Below are positions 12,863 through 25,176 of a DNA stretch of 64,000 bases, piece by piece (the first letter of the stretch is position 1; each line of letters starts with the position of its first letter). The stretch is from Octopus vulgaris (taxonomy: Eukaryota): NCBI GenBank assembly GCA_951406725.2, contig OX597815.1, positions 104,284,001-104,348,000 on the forward strand, given 5' to 3'. Made by a program: the position numbers and the translations under genes. A model generated the notes under the pieces. That model was given only the letters and a program-made list of their open reading frames with translations. It searched no databases and was not told the DNA's origin.

Positions 12863-14303
12863 GCAAGTAAAACATTTATTTACCAAAGCAATTATTTTAG
12901 TAAACCAATATTTTACTGAGCAATTGTTTCTGTAGTAAACTAAAATATTTACCTAAGCAATTATTTACCAAACCATCTCAAGCACTTTTACATGCTGGAG
13001 CCATGTAAAAGCGCTTGTGTAGTGCCATGTAAAAGGACCCAGCACACTCTGTAAAGTGGTTGGCTTTAGGAAGGGCATTCAGCTGTAGAGACCATGCCAA
13101 ATCAGACTGTAGCCTGGTGCAGCTCTCTAGCTTGCCAGCTCTTGTCCAACTGTCCAACCTATGCCAGCTTGGATAACAGACGTTAAATGATGATGTTCTG
13201 TTTATTGTAAGTCTTAAAGTAATGTTGACAGTGTTTTTGAGTTGTTGTTGCGGTTTCATCCCAACAGCAAAAATTGTCAAACCAGTGAGGGAGCTTCTAT
13301 ATGATTACTAGAAAAACCAACAGCTACTGTCTTAAATGGATACATTGGGTCGGTGTAATCCCAGATATGTACAGGCATGATCATCATGGCAAGAATATTT
13401 TTGACCATAGGTCTGCTCAGTTAGAGCTGAAAGCTGATCTATTATTAAGCAATAGTATCAACAATAATGAAATAGAATTTAAAAGAATAAGTTGCTTGTA
13501 AGTATATTTCATATTATCTCATTTTTCAAATTAACTTTATTTTGCCTGTTGTCTATCATGTTTAGAGCTGTAATTTAAATGACTATAACAGTTAACCTCA
13601 TTATTAGACATAGTTTTAATGCTACTTAATGTATGTGCACATCTGTATGCCTGTCTTGTGGATGCTGGCATGGAAAAAAGGTAACAAAATTTGCTTTATA
13701 ATCACATGGGCAAGTGTGTTCTGTCATAAGTTTGGGTTGACCCAAGCCTTGTAAATATAATTCAGTAGAGAGAAACTTTGTGGAAGCCTGTTGATTGAAT
13801 TGTAGCTATAATCCAAGGAGCAAGCCTTGTTGTGCACTGTTTCATGAATGTGCTTCAGGATTATGTTAATTGTGTAAGTGCTTTGGTATTCATCTACTTA
13901 AACTATAATTTAGCAAGTAGGTAGTTCCAGCATCAGTTTACTTCTACATGTTAAAATTATTGCTGTTTAATCCCCTGTCATCTGTGATTGAGACTTATGG
14001 TCAAAAGCATTTTAACCATAACTATCATATTTTTGTGTTTGTCTGGTTGCTTATTATCTAATGTACCCTTTCCTTATTTAAAATGTATGGTTAGGGGGAG
14101 ATTTCGTTGCTATTTCTACAATCTGGAGCAGTCATGTAAAGACTCCATTTTTGGCTTTATAGTTGCTGTAATTATAATTGTTTCTACCACCAAAGCCTAT
14201 TTTTGCTATTCTTTGTGCAGTAAATTTATTCCCAATATAGCCTTCTGTTCTAACTTGAATTTTTGTCAGTTCTTATTCATTATTTTATTTATTTTACATA
14301 TAG

Positions 14304-14762
14304 AGTTCTATATCTGAACTGCCGCCAGTATCTAACAGAAATGGTCAAGATATGAACTTTGAAAGCAATCCCAAAAATTGGGTGACTCTAATACCACCTC
14401 CTCCTCCTCCGCCTCCGCCGCCACCTCCACCACCGCCGCCACCACCTCCACCTCTTGTTGACAAGTCTGAGAAAGTTAAGCCCAATGAACTCTCTCTCCT
14501 TGTGTCTAGTGTTGATTCCTCATCACAACTACCATACACTCTTGATCCACTTCTAAGTCCAAATGTACAACCGTTGATGTTTCACAGTCTAGTACCACCA
14601 CTTCCACCCCCTCCACCACTACCTGATGAGAAACCACCGGAGAAGCCACCTGAGCCAGACTATGAAGAAGATGAAGAGGAGGAGAAGCTGCTACGGGCAC
14701 AGTTGCTACAATCAATGGCCATACGTCGCAAAGAAAGTGTTCAGATCCCACCTAAGGCTATT
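14304..14762 (+). CDS. ZFC3H1: ZFC3H1 exon 5, proline-rich
   Basis: tatag|AGT ... ATT|gtaagt; P20 tract, PPEKPPEPDYEEDEEEEKLLRAQLLQSM. Confidence 0.88.
14394..14453 (+). repeat. Coding CCN repeat, 20 consecutive prolines
   Basis: Mixed CCA/CCT/CCG codons, no CCC. Confidence 0.95.
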
Positions 14763-15534
14763 GTAAGTTGACTTCCCTTCATTATACATTGTTTTGGCTA
14801 ACATTTACAGATTAGTCAAAATTAAAAAGGTATATGGGTGTATGTTCACTGGTGTGTGTATGTGTTTATATTTATTCCCAAGTCCCTTAATTTTAGTGCA
14901 ACTTTGTCTTTCATTCTTCTGTGGTCATTGAAGTACCAAACGAAGTTAGTGCTGGGCTGATGTGACCAGTGGATATTGGTGTTGCTCAGGATTTGTCAAG
15001 CAAGAGAATATGACTGGAAATCGTCAGTGAATCTTAGTGTTTTGTACTTTAACGATAGAGAAAGCTATAAATCTCCAATAGCCACAGTATTCCTGCCAGG
15101 CATAGCACAACTATAATGATAGAATAATTCCACTCAGAACCCATATTTAGCAGTTTATATGACATGTCTATTATCATAATAGCAAGTTAATACAATATGC
15201 ATATTATCTTTTTATTTGAAAAACAAATCTGAATTGGTGACGGGATGTGTTTCCAGCTGTAAAAATCCTACTTCCATATAAGCCATACTAGCATGGGAAA
15301 CAGTTGTTGAACGAAATGAATGAGATTCAAACATACACCTGCATGTCATCATTTTAACACCCACTTTTCTATCCTTGCATAGGTCAGCCAAGGTTCATTT
15401 AGATAGATTTTTCTACATCCATCTTCTCTTCAGCTGATCTAAATCTGTACTTGTGGTGGAATGTTTCAAATTGATCTGATTAACTACCAATGTAAATGTA
15501 TTTCAAAGAAGTTACAAGTATATATATTTTATAG

Positions 15535-15657
15535 GTTGATGATACTTCAGGGAAAGAATCGCCATTTTCTCCTAGGAGTCAGTCTCCTCACAACACTGAT
15601 ACAAACTTACCTGATAAGAAACAGCCTCCTCAGCAACAGCCGTATTGTGCTCCAAAG
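15535..15657 (+). CDS. ZFC3H1: ZFC3H1 exon 6
   Basis: tttatag|GTT ... AAG|gtatgt; 41 codons VDDTSGKESPFSPRSQSP. Confidence 0.85.
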
Positions 15658-16154
15658 GTATGTAATCTTTAAATTTATAGTTTTCTATTATCTAGTGGCT
15701 GGTGATGTTATGTACAATATATATGTTTTATTAGGTGGATACAAAGTATTGACATTATCTCCTAAAAGAAAGATAAATGGTCATAAGTTCATTATTTGTA
15801 TATATTCTGTTTTTTAGGTAGATGTTTTAATTTGTCCCTAAAATGCCCTCTACAAATGCTCTGTATGACTTTGAAAGAAATGATTTCTTTCATACCTGCA
15901 TGTTTGTTATCCACATTAAACTTTGGAAAAAGGTTTATTTTATTAGTCAGTTCAAAGAATAAACAATTAAAAACAGGAAAAAAAGGGGAAAAAATGAATG
16001 TGAGCAATATATTAATTTGATGCTTGGTGAAAGGAGAGAATTGTTAATGTTTCGAGCATGGTTCTTTGTTGGAAAGAGAAAAGTCTAAAGAGATTTCTTT
16101 TTCCATTGTCATTTATTAAATATTTTGAAGTTTAAATTTACAATATCTTTGCAG

Positions 16155-16295
16155 ATTCCGAAGCATCCTTCTGTAGTAATAAACTTGGCTGAGGATTCTA
16201 CTGATAGTGAACATGAGGCAGAAGCAGAAAGTCAAAAACAGAACATTCTGTCTGGTATTGACCAATTTCTTAAAGATGCTCGCAAATCAGTTGAG
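16155..16295 (+). CDS. ZFC3H1: ZFC3H1 exon 7
   Basis: ctttgcag|ATT ... GAG|gtgaat; IPKHPSVVINLAEDSTDSE...GIDQFLKDARKSVE. Confidence 0.88.
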
Positions 16296-16298
16296 GTG

Positions 16299-16303
<5 letters not shown>

Positions 16304-16384
<81 letters not shown>

Positions 16385-16420
16385 CCTCTCCCTCCCCCTC
16401 CCTCCCTCTCCCTCCCCTTC
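16304..16420 (+). repeat. (CT)n microsatellite plus C-rich extension, 8 nt after the exon 7 donor
   Basis: Direct reading. Confidence 0.95.
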
Positions 16421-18755
16421 ACTTTCCATTTTTGTTTCCCTGTAATTGTGTAGAAGTTGTTCTTTGATACTTTAGAATTGTCCAGCTTACTGTGTAGAGA
16501 TCACCTGCTATTAGCCTATTGTTTGAAAGCTAATGGAAACCCTCATTAACTCTTTTCCTGATCTGTTCTGGTGTATCTCTAACTGGTGCTTTCACACTGC
16601 TGAGAAGTTCCATAGAAGTAGTGTCAGTGCCTTTAACATCATTTAAATTTGATTTCTTGAATAGGAATCTTCCTAGCAGATTGCACTATCACAATAGATA
16701 TTGACAGTTCCCTGGTTACAACTTATTAACTCTAATTGCCTCAAAGTTTTGTTAAATTTACCTCGTTTTGCTTGCTGTCACCTTGAACAATGTACTCTCA
16801 TTTCTATTTAGATGATTACAACTTTCATTTGTTTTAACTCACCGTACAGAAATGTCATCTATATACAATCTTGTTATCTCATGTTAAAACTATTTCTGTG
16901 AACAGAAACCTTGAAAATATTCTTCAGTGGCGTCATAACAATCCTATCTCTTTCAACAATACAGACACAATCACTTGTTTATATCAAAGAAACAGTCAAG
17001 TACTTCATCCTCTAATTTTGGATGATATGCTGCTTATTTATGCCTTCAAAATTTACACTCCTCTCTCTCTTGGGTACTCAACATATATAGCTAAAAATAC
17101 ATTTCAAAGACTAATTTTCCTCTTCCACCACCAAAACGTATTCCTCTCATTAACAGGCCCTTACTGATATGCTCTCACCATTTAAGGACAACACTACAGC
17201 TATGCTACAATGCATTTAAAGAAGGCCAGCCAACTAAATACTAAAATCTCACTAATCAATGTTACTACACATACACCCCAACTTCTATCATTGCTAAAAT
17301 GGGCTCTTACGAGTTTCATACCAAATCCCCCGAAGCCCTTCTCTTGACATCCCCACTGTATCTTATTCCCCATGCCTTTCACTGACCTTTCAATAGTCAG
17401 ATATAAATGAAACATCACTGCCTTCAACCTCGAATCTGGAAGGGTGTTTGTGAAGATTTGGAGATGCATTTCATCATCATCATTGTTTAACAGCCGCTTT
17501 CCATGCTGGCATGGGTTAGGCAGTTTGACTGACGATTGGCAAGCCAGGAGGCTGCGCCAGGCTTCAGTCTGATCTGGCATGGTTTCTACAGCTAGATGCC
17601 CTTCCTAATGCCAACCACTCCGAGAGTGTAGTGGTTGCTTTTATGTGCTACTGGCACGGGAGCCTGACAGGTAACACTGGCATTGACCGTGCTCGAATGG
17701 TGGTTTTTACATGCCACTAGCATGAGTGCTAGTCAGGCGGCACCGGCATCGGCCACAACTACGATTTTGCTTGACTCAACACGTCTTCTCATATACAGCA
17801 TATTGCCTGACGGTTGAAGGGTGCTTTTAAATGGGCCAGTTATGCAACACTGGCATAGGCTGCACCTACAATCTTGCTGGATCTTCTTTATCACAACATA
17901 TCTCCAAAGGTCTTGGTCATTTGTCAAGCCATTAGAGGTGCTGAGGAGAAAGACATCTGGTAGAGGTCAGAGGATAAAAACTTCCGGTGGGATGGACAGG
18001 CACACCACAAATGGCAAGCACTGTGTTAGCCCTATTCCTTAGAAGGAATCAGCATGGGCAAAGCAAGTGGTTAACAAAACAGAGGGAGAGCAGTGAAAAT
18101 TTTCCAGAATTATGGTTGATCAAAAACAAGAAGATGAAGAGATGGAATTTTTGAGATTTAGAACATTTGAACATTTGCATTCTTAATGTTAACTATAGCC
18201 ATGACTATAACCCACAGAATGTAGTAAGCTAAATTTTGTGACAAAAATAGATAAACAAATGAATGAAAACAATAATTATAATTACTGTTAAGGTGAGAGA
18301 TTTGAATTGAATTGGTGCCAGGTAAATAGGTAAACTCGTTTATTATGTTCACAACTCTAGTGGTAGATTGTAATTGAAGCAGGTTTAGATTGGTGGGCAA
18401 TGAGAGTTTATAATTAGAGTAAAATGAGGAGAGAGCAGTACTGGAGTAGTGCAATTCTGTTTTCTCTATTATAGTAATTGTCATTTTTATATGGCTTCAA
18501 GTCAATACTGGCTGAGGTCATGAGATAGTTGAACAAATGATTAGGTATAACATAGAATTGTTGCTTATGAAGTGTAGTAGAAATAGCTTTTACTGTTGAA
18601 ATGGAAATATTAGCTTTGATCAGCCAAATAGCTGAAATTCTTAATAGACTTTGATAAAAAAAATGTAGCTGATATTTGTATAAAGTTGGTAGAAATTTAT
18701 TTGCTTTCAATGATCATATGTAATATTCTTTTATACCTGAAAACTGCTTTTACAG

Positions 18756-18889
18756 ACCAAGAAGAACAGTATGGAATCAAAAGACGTTAGTAACATTAAG
18801 AAAAATATCAGCCTGAATAAGCAGGAAGTAGATTTGTATACTGCAGACAGGGGCTTTCGGGAACTCGAAGAGAAATATGTTGCTCAAAG
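18756..18889 (+). CDS. ZFC3H1: ZFC3H1 exon 8
   Basis: ttttacag|ACC ... AG|gtagat; phase 0 to 2. Confidence 0.8.
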
Positions 18890-19018
18890 GTAGATTTTTA
18901 AAAATTTTTTCATTTTTCTTTACTGTTTTGAAATTTTAGTGTTGTAAACTGCATTTTCTTCTGGTGAAACAGTGCATATCTTTTGCGTGTTTATCTGAAT
19001 ATGTATTATTTGTTTCAG

Positions 19019-19193
19019 AAAACTAATGTTACAAGACCAAAGAGAATTGAAAGCTCTAGTAACCCAAGCATCAAAAGTCCTTACCAAAATCAAATCAACA
19101 GAAAAAAAGTGTGAGATTTTCAGGAAAAATCTGAAAAACTCTGATCATTTGGTTGCTATGTATCGTAAACAAGATATTAAAATTAAAGACAAG
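19019..19193 (+). CDS. ZFC3H1: ZFC3H1 exon 9 (coiled-coil)
   Basis: tgtttcag|A ... AAG|gtaaga; KLMLQDQRELKALV. Confidence 0.85.
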
Positions 19194-20784
19194 GTAAGAT
19201 TTTAAGGTTTAATTTTTTCTTTAATAAAATCTTTAAGGAACTCAAAACAAGACCACAATTACAAATGTTTTCTTTGCATGTTGTCTCCCTCCCTTCATAT
19301 AAATTGTAAAATTAAAGGTTTAGAAAGTGTGTAATGTAACACCTTGGAAAGATTTTATTCTCAAACTAGAAAACTTGTTTTAATATCTTAAGATAAATTT
19401 GTTAGTTTATATGCTATGGAAATTATATATTTATTGTATGCATGTTAGTATTATTATGTAATACCTAGACATCACAACTCTGCCATACTTGTTTGGTAAC
19501 TGAGTAAATCACCAAATGAAAATTAGATACATAATTTTAAGGTTAGTTGACTAGAATTATGGCCACAATGCAATAAGTTCAAACCTTGCTATTATTTCCC
19601 CTCAACAAAGCAATGTTGCTCAAACTGTAGGTTTCAAACTAAAGTAGTTGCCATTCTATAAATTTTGAAAATAGCACAATTTTGATTAAAAAGCAAAAAG
19701 AAATACTTATTAGCATTATATTTTAATTATTTTTCAAGCCCATGTTTCTTATGAAACCCACTGTCAGAATGTTTCAAATTTGAAAATGATCAAAAATTTA
19801 ACAGGATACAATTAAGTAAATTAGATATGTTTTCTTATACAGTGTACCAGTTTTTTTTAGTAAAAAGTGTCCCAGAAAATTGGCCTCTGCTTTATAAACA
19901 CCAGGTCAGTGTTTGCGTTACTAGCAAGTGGTGGTTTATTTGCTGCGGTGTCTCATAAAATTTACTAACAAGTATCTCTCTTACAAAGCTATTTCCCAGA
20001 GTTATTAATGTTTTCAGAAAGTATTCTTTTTACATGATATAAAATAACATATTTTACCTGTACTTGTAATCAAATTCAGTTTTGAAATAAAAATGTAATA
20101 GATTCAAGAACATTTGCTGAGTGTGAAACATTTGAATATGTCAGAAATTTTAAAAAGTGCTGTTTGTTTTGGGAAACTAGATTATTAAATTGGTTTGATA
20201 GTGCAGAAGGCTATGAATATTTGCGGGAAATGATTTTTTAAAAATGTTTTTCAAAGAAGGGCCTACCAAAGTTCAGGTGTATTTTATAAATTGTACACCT
20301 TACAAGCTGTCAAATACCCTAACTTTTTTATTATTAAGTGGCTGTTTTGCAAAATATTTCCCAAAGAGAATTGTATTATTTGGTAGTTTGCTTTTGGCTC
20401 AAATTGTACGCAAAGCAACTTGGCTCTTCTTCCTCTATTGGTCAATAAAATGATTACTAGAAGTACTGGATCCACTAATGCCATTCAAGAAAGTGACCTA
20501 GCATAGTTGCAGTCCATTGACTAAAACCAATGAAAGTAAGATTCTTATTACAAAAGATATGTTTCAGTTCAAATATGAATGCCTAGAAGGAGATAGTTTT
20601 GTATTAAAGAACTTGGTATTATGTTTATGACTAGTCTAATTGGCCTAATATTGTCATCTAGCTGTATGAAGAATTCTATTCAGATATGCAGTTCATGAAA
20701 CTTCAATTGTATACAAATGGACCTGGAGTAACAATCATATCTCTTTAATAATTGACATTTAATTTTTGCGATCTTTTACTTCAG

Positions 20785-20955
20785 ATACAACTTGTGAAGA
20801 TTCAGCTTGCTCATAATGAGTCCACGGTATTACAGTTAGAAAAGAATCTCCTACAAATTGGGAAACGTCTTTATGGTGCCTGCTACCAACCCCGTACAAT
20901 TGCTGTTGATAGTGCTGGAAACAAAAGGGTATTGCCCCTTCTTTCACATAATCAG
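20785..20955 (+). CDS. ZFC3H1: ZFC3H1 exon 10
   Basis: cttcag|ATA ... CAG|gtaagt; 57 codons. Confidence 0.87.
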
Positions 20956-21856
20956 GTAAGTCTGAATGCTGTTAAAATAATTACCTTTTGTTTTTGTTAA
21001 AATTATTACCAACACAATCTGCACAAGTATATCTTGTACCAGTTAAGGATCCTTTCATTGATCAACCTGCTAAAGATAAGGTAGATCTCCCTCAAAATAT
21101 ACATTACTTTTTAAATTGAAAGGCCACTGTATTATGTAGACTGCCCACCGACACACATACACAAGCACGCACACAGAGGAAACAAGAAGGCTGTTCCAGT
21201 TGAAATGCTAATGATCATAAGTCAGTTCAGTTTGGCTACTCTGTGCTATAACATTAACACTGTATCTCTTAAATTAGAAAATGAATTTAAAGAAGCAATT
21301 TAGAATGTCTGAAATGTGTTGTTAAATTATACTTTTGAGTACTATTAATCTCATCTTCAAAGACAAAGTATTATAATATTTACATCTAGGCTGTTTGATA
21401 GGTTTGATGTTCTAATCACTCCAGATGAACTTGAACCGGGATTCTTTATTTCAAAAATAACCCATTGAAATGTTGTGTAGGTATAGATATTAAAAATCTT
21501 TCAATATGCACTGGGTATTCTGAAGAATTATATTTTATTTAGTATGTTAATCCTTACCTAGATTAGCATATTCTTTATGCACATTTAGGTTTCTTAATAT
21601 TCCAAAAACATTTTAAGAATTTTTTTTCAATGGTTTATTTCCAGTTGTAAAGCTGTTACATAAGTGTAACAATATGAGTCTCTAAAAATTACACTCGTTT
21701 AAGATCATTGGCTGTGTGATAAGAAGCTTGTTTCCCCAAACACATAGTTCTGGTTTCAGTCCCACTGTGTGGCACCTTGGGCAAGTGTCTTCTCTTGTGG
21801 CCTTGGGCCAACCAAAGCCTTGTGAGTGGATTTCATGGACAGAAACTGAAAGAGGC

Positions 21857-21906
<50 letters not shown>

Positions 21907-22168
21907 GTGTGTCCTTCCACCATTGCTTGACAACCAATGTCCCCGTAACTCAGCAGTTCGGCAAAAGAGACCAATAGAATAAGTACCAGGCTGACAAAGA
22001 ATAAGTCCTGGGGTCAATTTGTTCTAGCATGGCTACAGTCAAATGACTGAAAAGAATAAAACATTGTTGTGATACTCATTTTTACTATATTGCTAATTTG
22101 GCATTCAATAAATATGTTTATTCTTCAAATTGGGTTGCTACTTATTGCACAAGATAATCTCTTTGCAG

Positions 22169-22540
22169 CTTAAAACAAAAATTGAGGATATTCCTCATAA
22201 AAGACAACAACTTCAACAGATGCAGCAACAGTATGCACTAATGTTGCAGAAGCTACAGACTCAAGCCAATAAGAAGATTACCAAATCATCAGTCCTTCAG
22301 CTGGAGAAAATTTCATTAGACTGTACTGAGGAAGCTGAGGCAGCCTCTCAACAAATTGCTGAGAAAATAGATTCTCGACGACGTTCAATGATTTCACTTA
22401 ACTCCAAAATGAAGCCAGAGATCATCCAGAACAAAGAAAATATTCAACCAGATATACGTGTCCCTCAGCAATTAGATAAGACAGAATATAACTTTGAAAT
22501 GCCTGAAAATTCACAGCTAGCAAACCTTAAAACGATTTTG
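22169..22540 (+). CDS. ZFC3H1: ZFC3H1 exon 11
   Basis: ctttgcag|CTT ... TTG|gtaaat; KRQQLQQMQQQYALMLQKLQ, SRRRSM. Confidence 0.85.
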
Positions 22541-23447
22541 GTAAATATCTAATGCTTGTTTTAAAGATCAATAATAACTGTTTTTCTTTTCCATATAAAA
22601 TTTAATGTATTACTTTTGAAGAATGATTCGTATAGTCAGTCTCCAGATGTTTGTTGTTCTGTGGAAGAGGTAGACCCAGGAAGACATGGGATGAGGTGGT
22701 GGTGAACTATGATCTTTAGATGTTGGGTCCCACGGAGGCGATATCAAATGATCAAGTCCTTCGGTGGTTTGCTGTACTTGAGCTGGCTTGTTAGGCCAAG
22801 TGAAATCATAGTCATTGACAGTACCAGTGACACGTAAAAAGCACCCACTACACTCTTAGAATGGTTGGCGTTAGGAAGGCTGTCCAGCTGTAGAAACCAA
22901 GCCAAAATCGAACTGAAGCCTGGTACAGCTCTCTGGTTTACCAGTTCCAGTCAAACCATATAACCCATGCCAGCATGAAAATGGGCACTAGATGATGATG
23001 ACAATACACGTATTTTCTAGTTTCACTTGTTTAATTCATATTTGTCCATCTTTTTTAACTGCATATGCATTACAAACTGATAAATAGGTAGGGTATTGCA
23101 CTGAATATTCATGCAAGTGTTTTATAGTATCTTTGTTTCTGTCTTCCACCAAGAAACTGAATTCTGTTTATCTTACTGGAGATAAAGTGGATACTCCCAT
23201 TACTTGTGATAGCCCATCACTATATTCAGTAGAAAATTTTTGTCAATTTGATACTGTAGAAATAAAGAACCAGAGTTTGCTCTAAAAAGAATCTACTTCT
23301 AAAACGTAGCTGGACTTAACAAAAATATAAAGAGCAGAAATATTGTTTGAATTATATTTTTTTGTAACCAATTCTTCCAAAGTCTTAAATATTAACCTTG
23401 AATTAGAAATTTGTTAGATTTTGCTATTTTAATTTTCTAATTTTTAG

Positions 23448-23537
23448 CATGAAAAGATGCAAAATTTAATAGAACCAGCACAATCAAAAGCTGTTTCTTG
23501 GGAAAATTTCTCTCATTTGACTCCACCTTCAGATTCT
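23448..23537 (+). CDS. ZFC3H1: ZFC3H1 exon 12
   Basis: tttttag|CAT ... TCT|gtaagt; 30 codons, frame-preserving. Confidence 0.75.
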
Positions 23538-23849
23538 GTAAGTTGCTTAATTTAATTTTACTTTAAAATATTTTCTGCCATTTTGTGCATGTGTTTTGAC
23601 AAGCTTTTTCTTCTGTCTTAAATCTCAACTTGTAAACTAATAAGATTTCTCACTTTTATGGTAAAATGTGAATTAAAAGCCCAGTAAATCATTGTAACTT
23701 GCACTGGTACACCATGACATATTTCTACTTGGTCAACCATCTAAATCAGTCATTCTTAATGGAAGCCAATATGAAAACTGAAAAGAATGGCCTTGATATA
23801 TTGTGGTGAAGTGGCACAGTTGAAAGCTGTAAGATAAGCAACGTTTTAG

Positions 23850-24676
23850 TGTTGGGGCAGAGATGTTCATCCAAAACTGAAACCATGCCAGGAAAGCCCA
23901 CGAAATGGGGGATCAAAGTTTGGAAAATTTGTGAAGCAAATACTGGGTACAGCTGTGGATTTAGTTTTTATACAGGGAAAATAATGTTAGTCAGCATGGC
24001 CTAGGGAACGATGTGGTCTGGAATTTATCACTTCCATACCATAACCAGGGCTGTATATTATTTTTTGACCGATTTCTTTAGTTTGGTCAAACTTGTAGTG
24101 GATTTAGGTGGATTCCAGTATTTCAGTTTATTTCACCTTTATGGTACACCTGTTCTGTTGTGCATTATATTCAACTGATAATCTAGTGATGTGCACAGTT
24201 CTTTTATATCAAAATGAATACCCAATTAAATATTAGCTGATGATTCATTTTCTATGGTGATGTTTAAACAAAACTTAAATACTTTTTACCTTTTGCTTAA
24301 TTTACCTGGATTTACCTGTAATTAGAGTCACTTTGAGAAAAAAGCTATTGACAAATATTACATTAATATGTTAAGTAAAAAACTTACAGTTGCTTAATGA
24401 AACTAGTCTAGATTCATGATTATTTTAGAATTTAATTGAAACTCATGAGGGGTGTATTTTGGTCAGAAATATAGTAACGAAAAGGTTAAACAGTGTCGGA
24501 TACTATAACTCAACTATTTACTAAGGAAATCATATGTTTTCATGAATGTACTAACGAGATTTGTGTTCAAATTCACATTTAAATAACAATGGGTACTCTC
24601 GGCCAGCTACAGCTGCGTTGGTCTTATGAAGCAAAAGATTTTTGGGCCAGCTAAGGCCGGGTTGGTATTAAAAGGG
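23850..24676 (+). mobile_element. Second, rearranged copy of the piggyBac element
   Basis: MPGKPTKWGIKVWKICEANTGYSCGFSFYTGK...LFFDRF; terminus plus TTAA at 24486-24489, then the other terminus plus TTAA at 24677-24680. Confidence 0.85.
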
Positions 24677-24948
24677 TTAAACTGCTTCAGATATTTAATT
24701 GATTATGTGAATAAGTTCCATTCTTGACTTACATTCTAGAAAGTTGAAAATATGCTAATGAAATAGAATTAATTTTATTATGGATTGTGTAAATGTTTAC
24801 ATATAGGTGCTAGGTGCATAAAAGCACACAGATTGCAGCAGACGAGAATTGTCTGTCATGGGTGCTGGAATTCCTATATCATGTGATTTTATTCTATTGG
24901 AAATCAACTGTGGTAGGCATTCAGTCACTACTTACACACACACACACT

Positions 24949-24990
<42 letters not shown>

Positions 24991-25066
24991 TGCAAAACCA
25001 TTGATCTATATATATAAATAAATACTATAACATATTTTTTTACAACTTTTTGTTTTCTTTCTTTAG

Positions 25067-25176
25067 ATTCCTTATCCTAAATCTGATAATCAGTCCCTGA
25101 ATAATCTCAAAATGTCCCAAGCTTTAAGATCATATAAGCCATATAAAAGTCCCTTGTTACATTTTCGAGCATATCG
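25067..25176 (+). CDS. ZFC3H1: ZFC3H1 exon 13
   Basis: ctttag|ATT ... CG|gtaagt; PYKSPLLHFRAYR. Confidence 0.9.

Noticed and set aside
14345-14539. Minus-strand poly-Gly ORF
   Set aside because: Antisense shadow of the polyproline exon.
16232-16429. ORFs with ER/SL/YI dipeptide repeats (also 21682-22017, 62986-63216)
   Set aside because: Translations of microsatellites.
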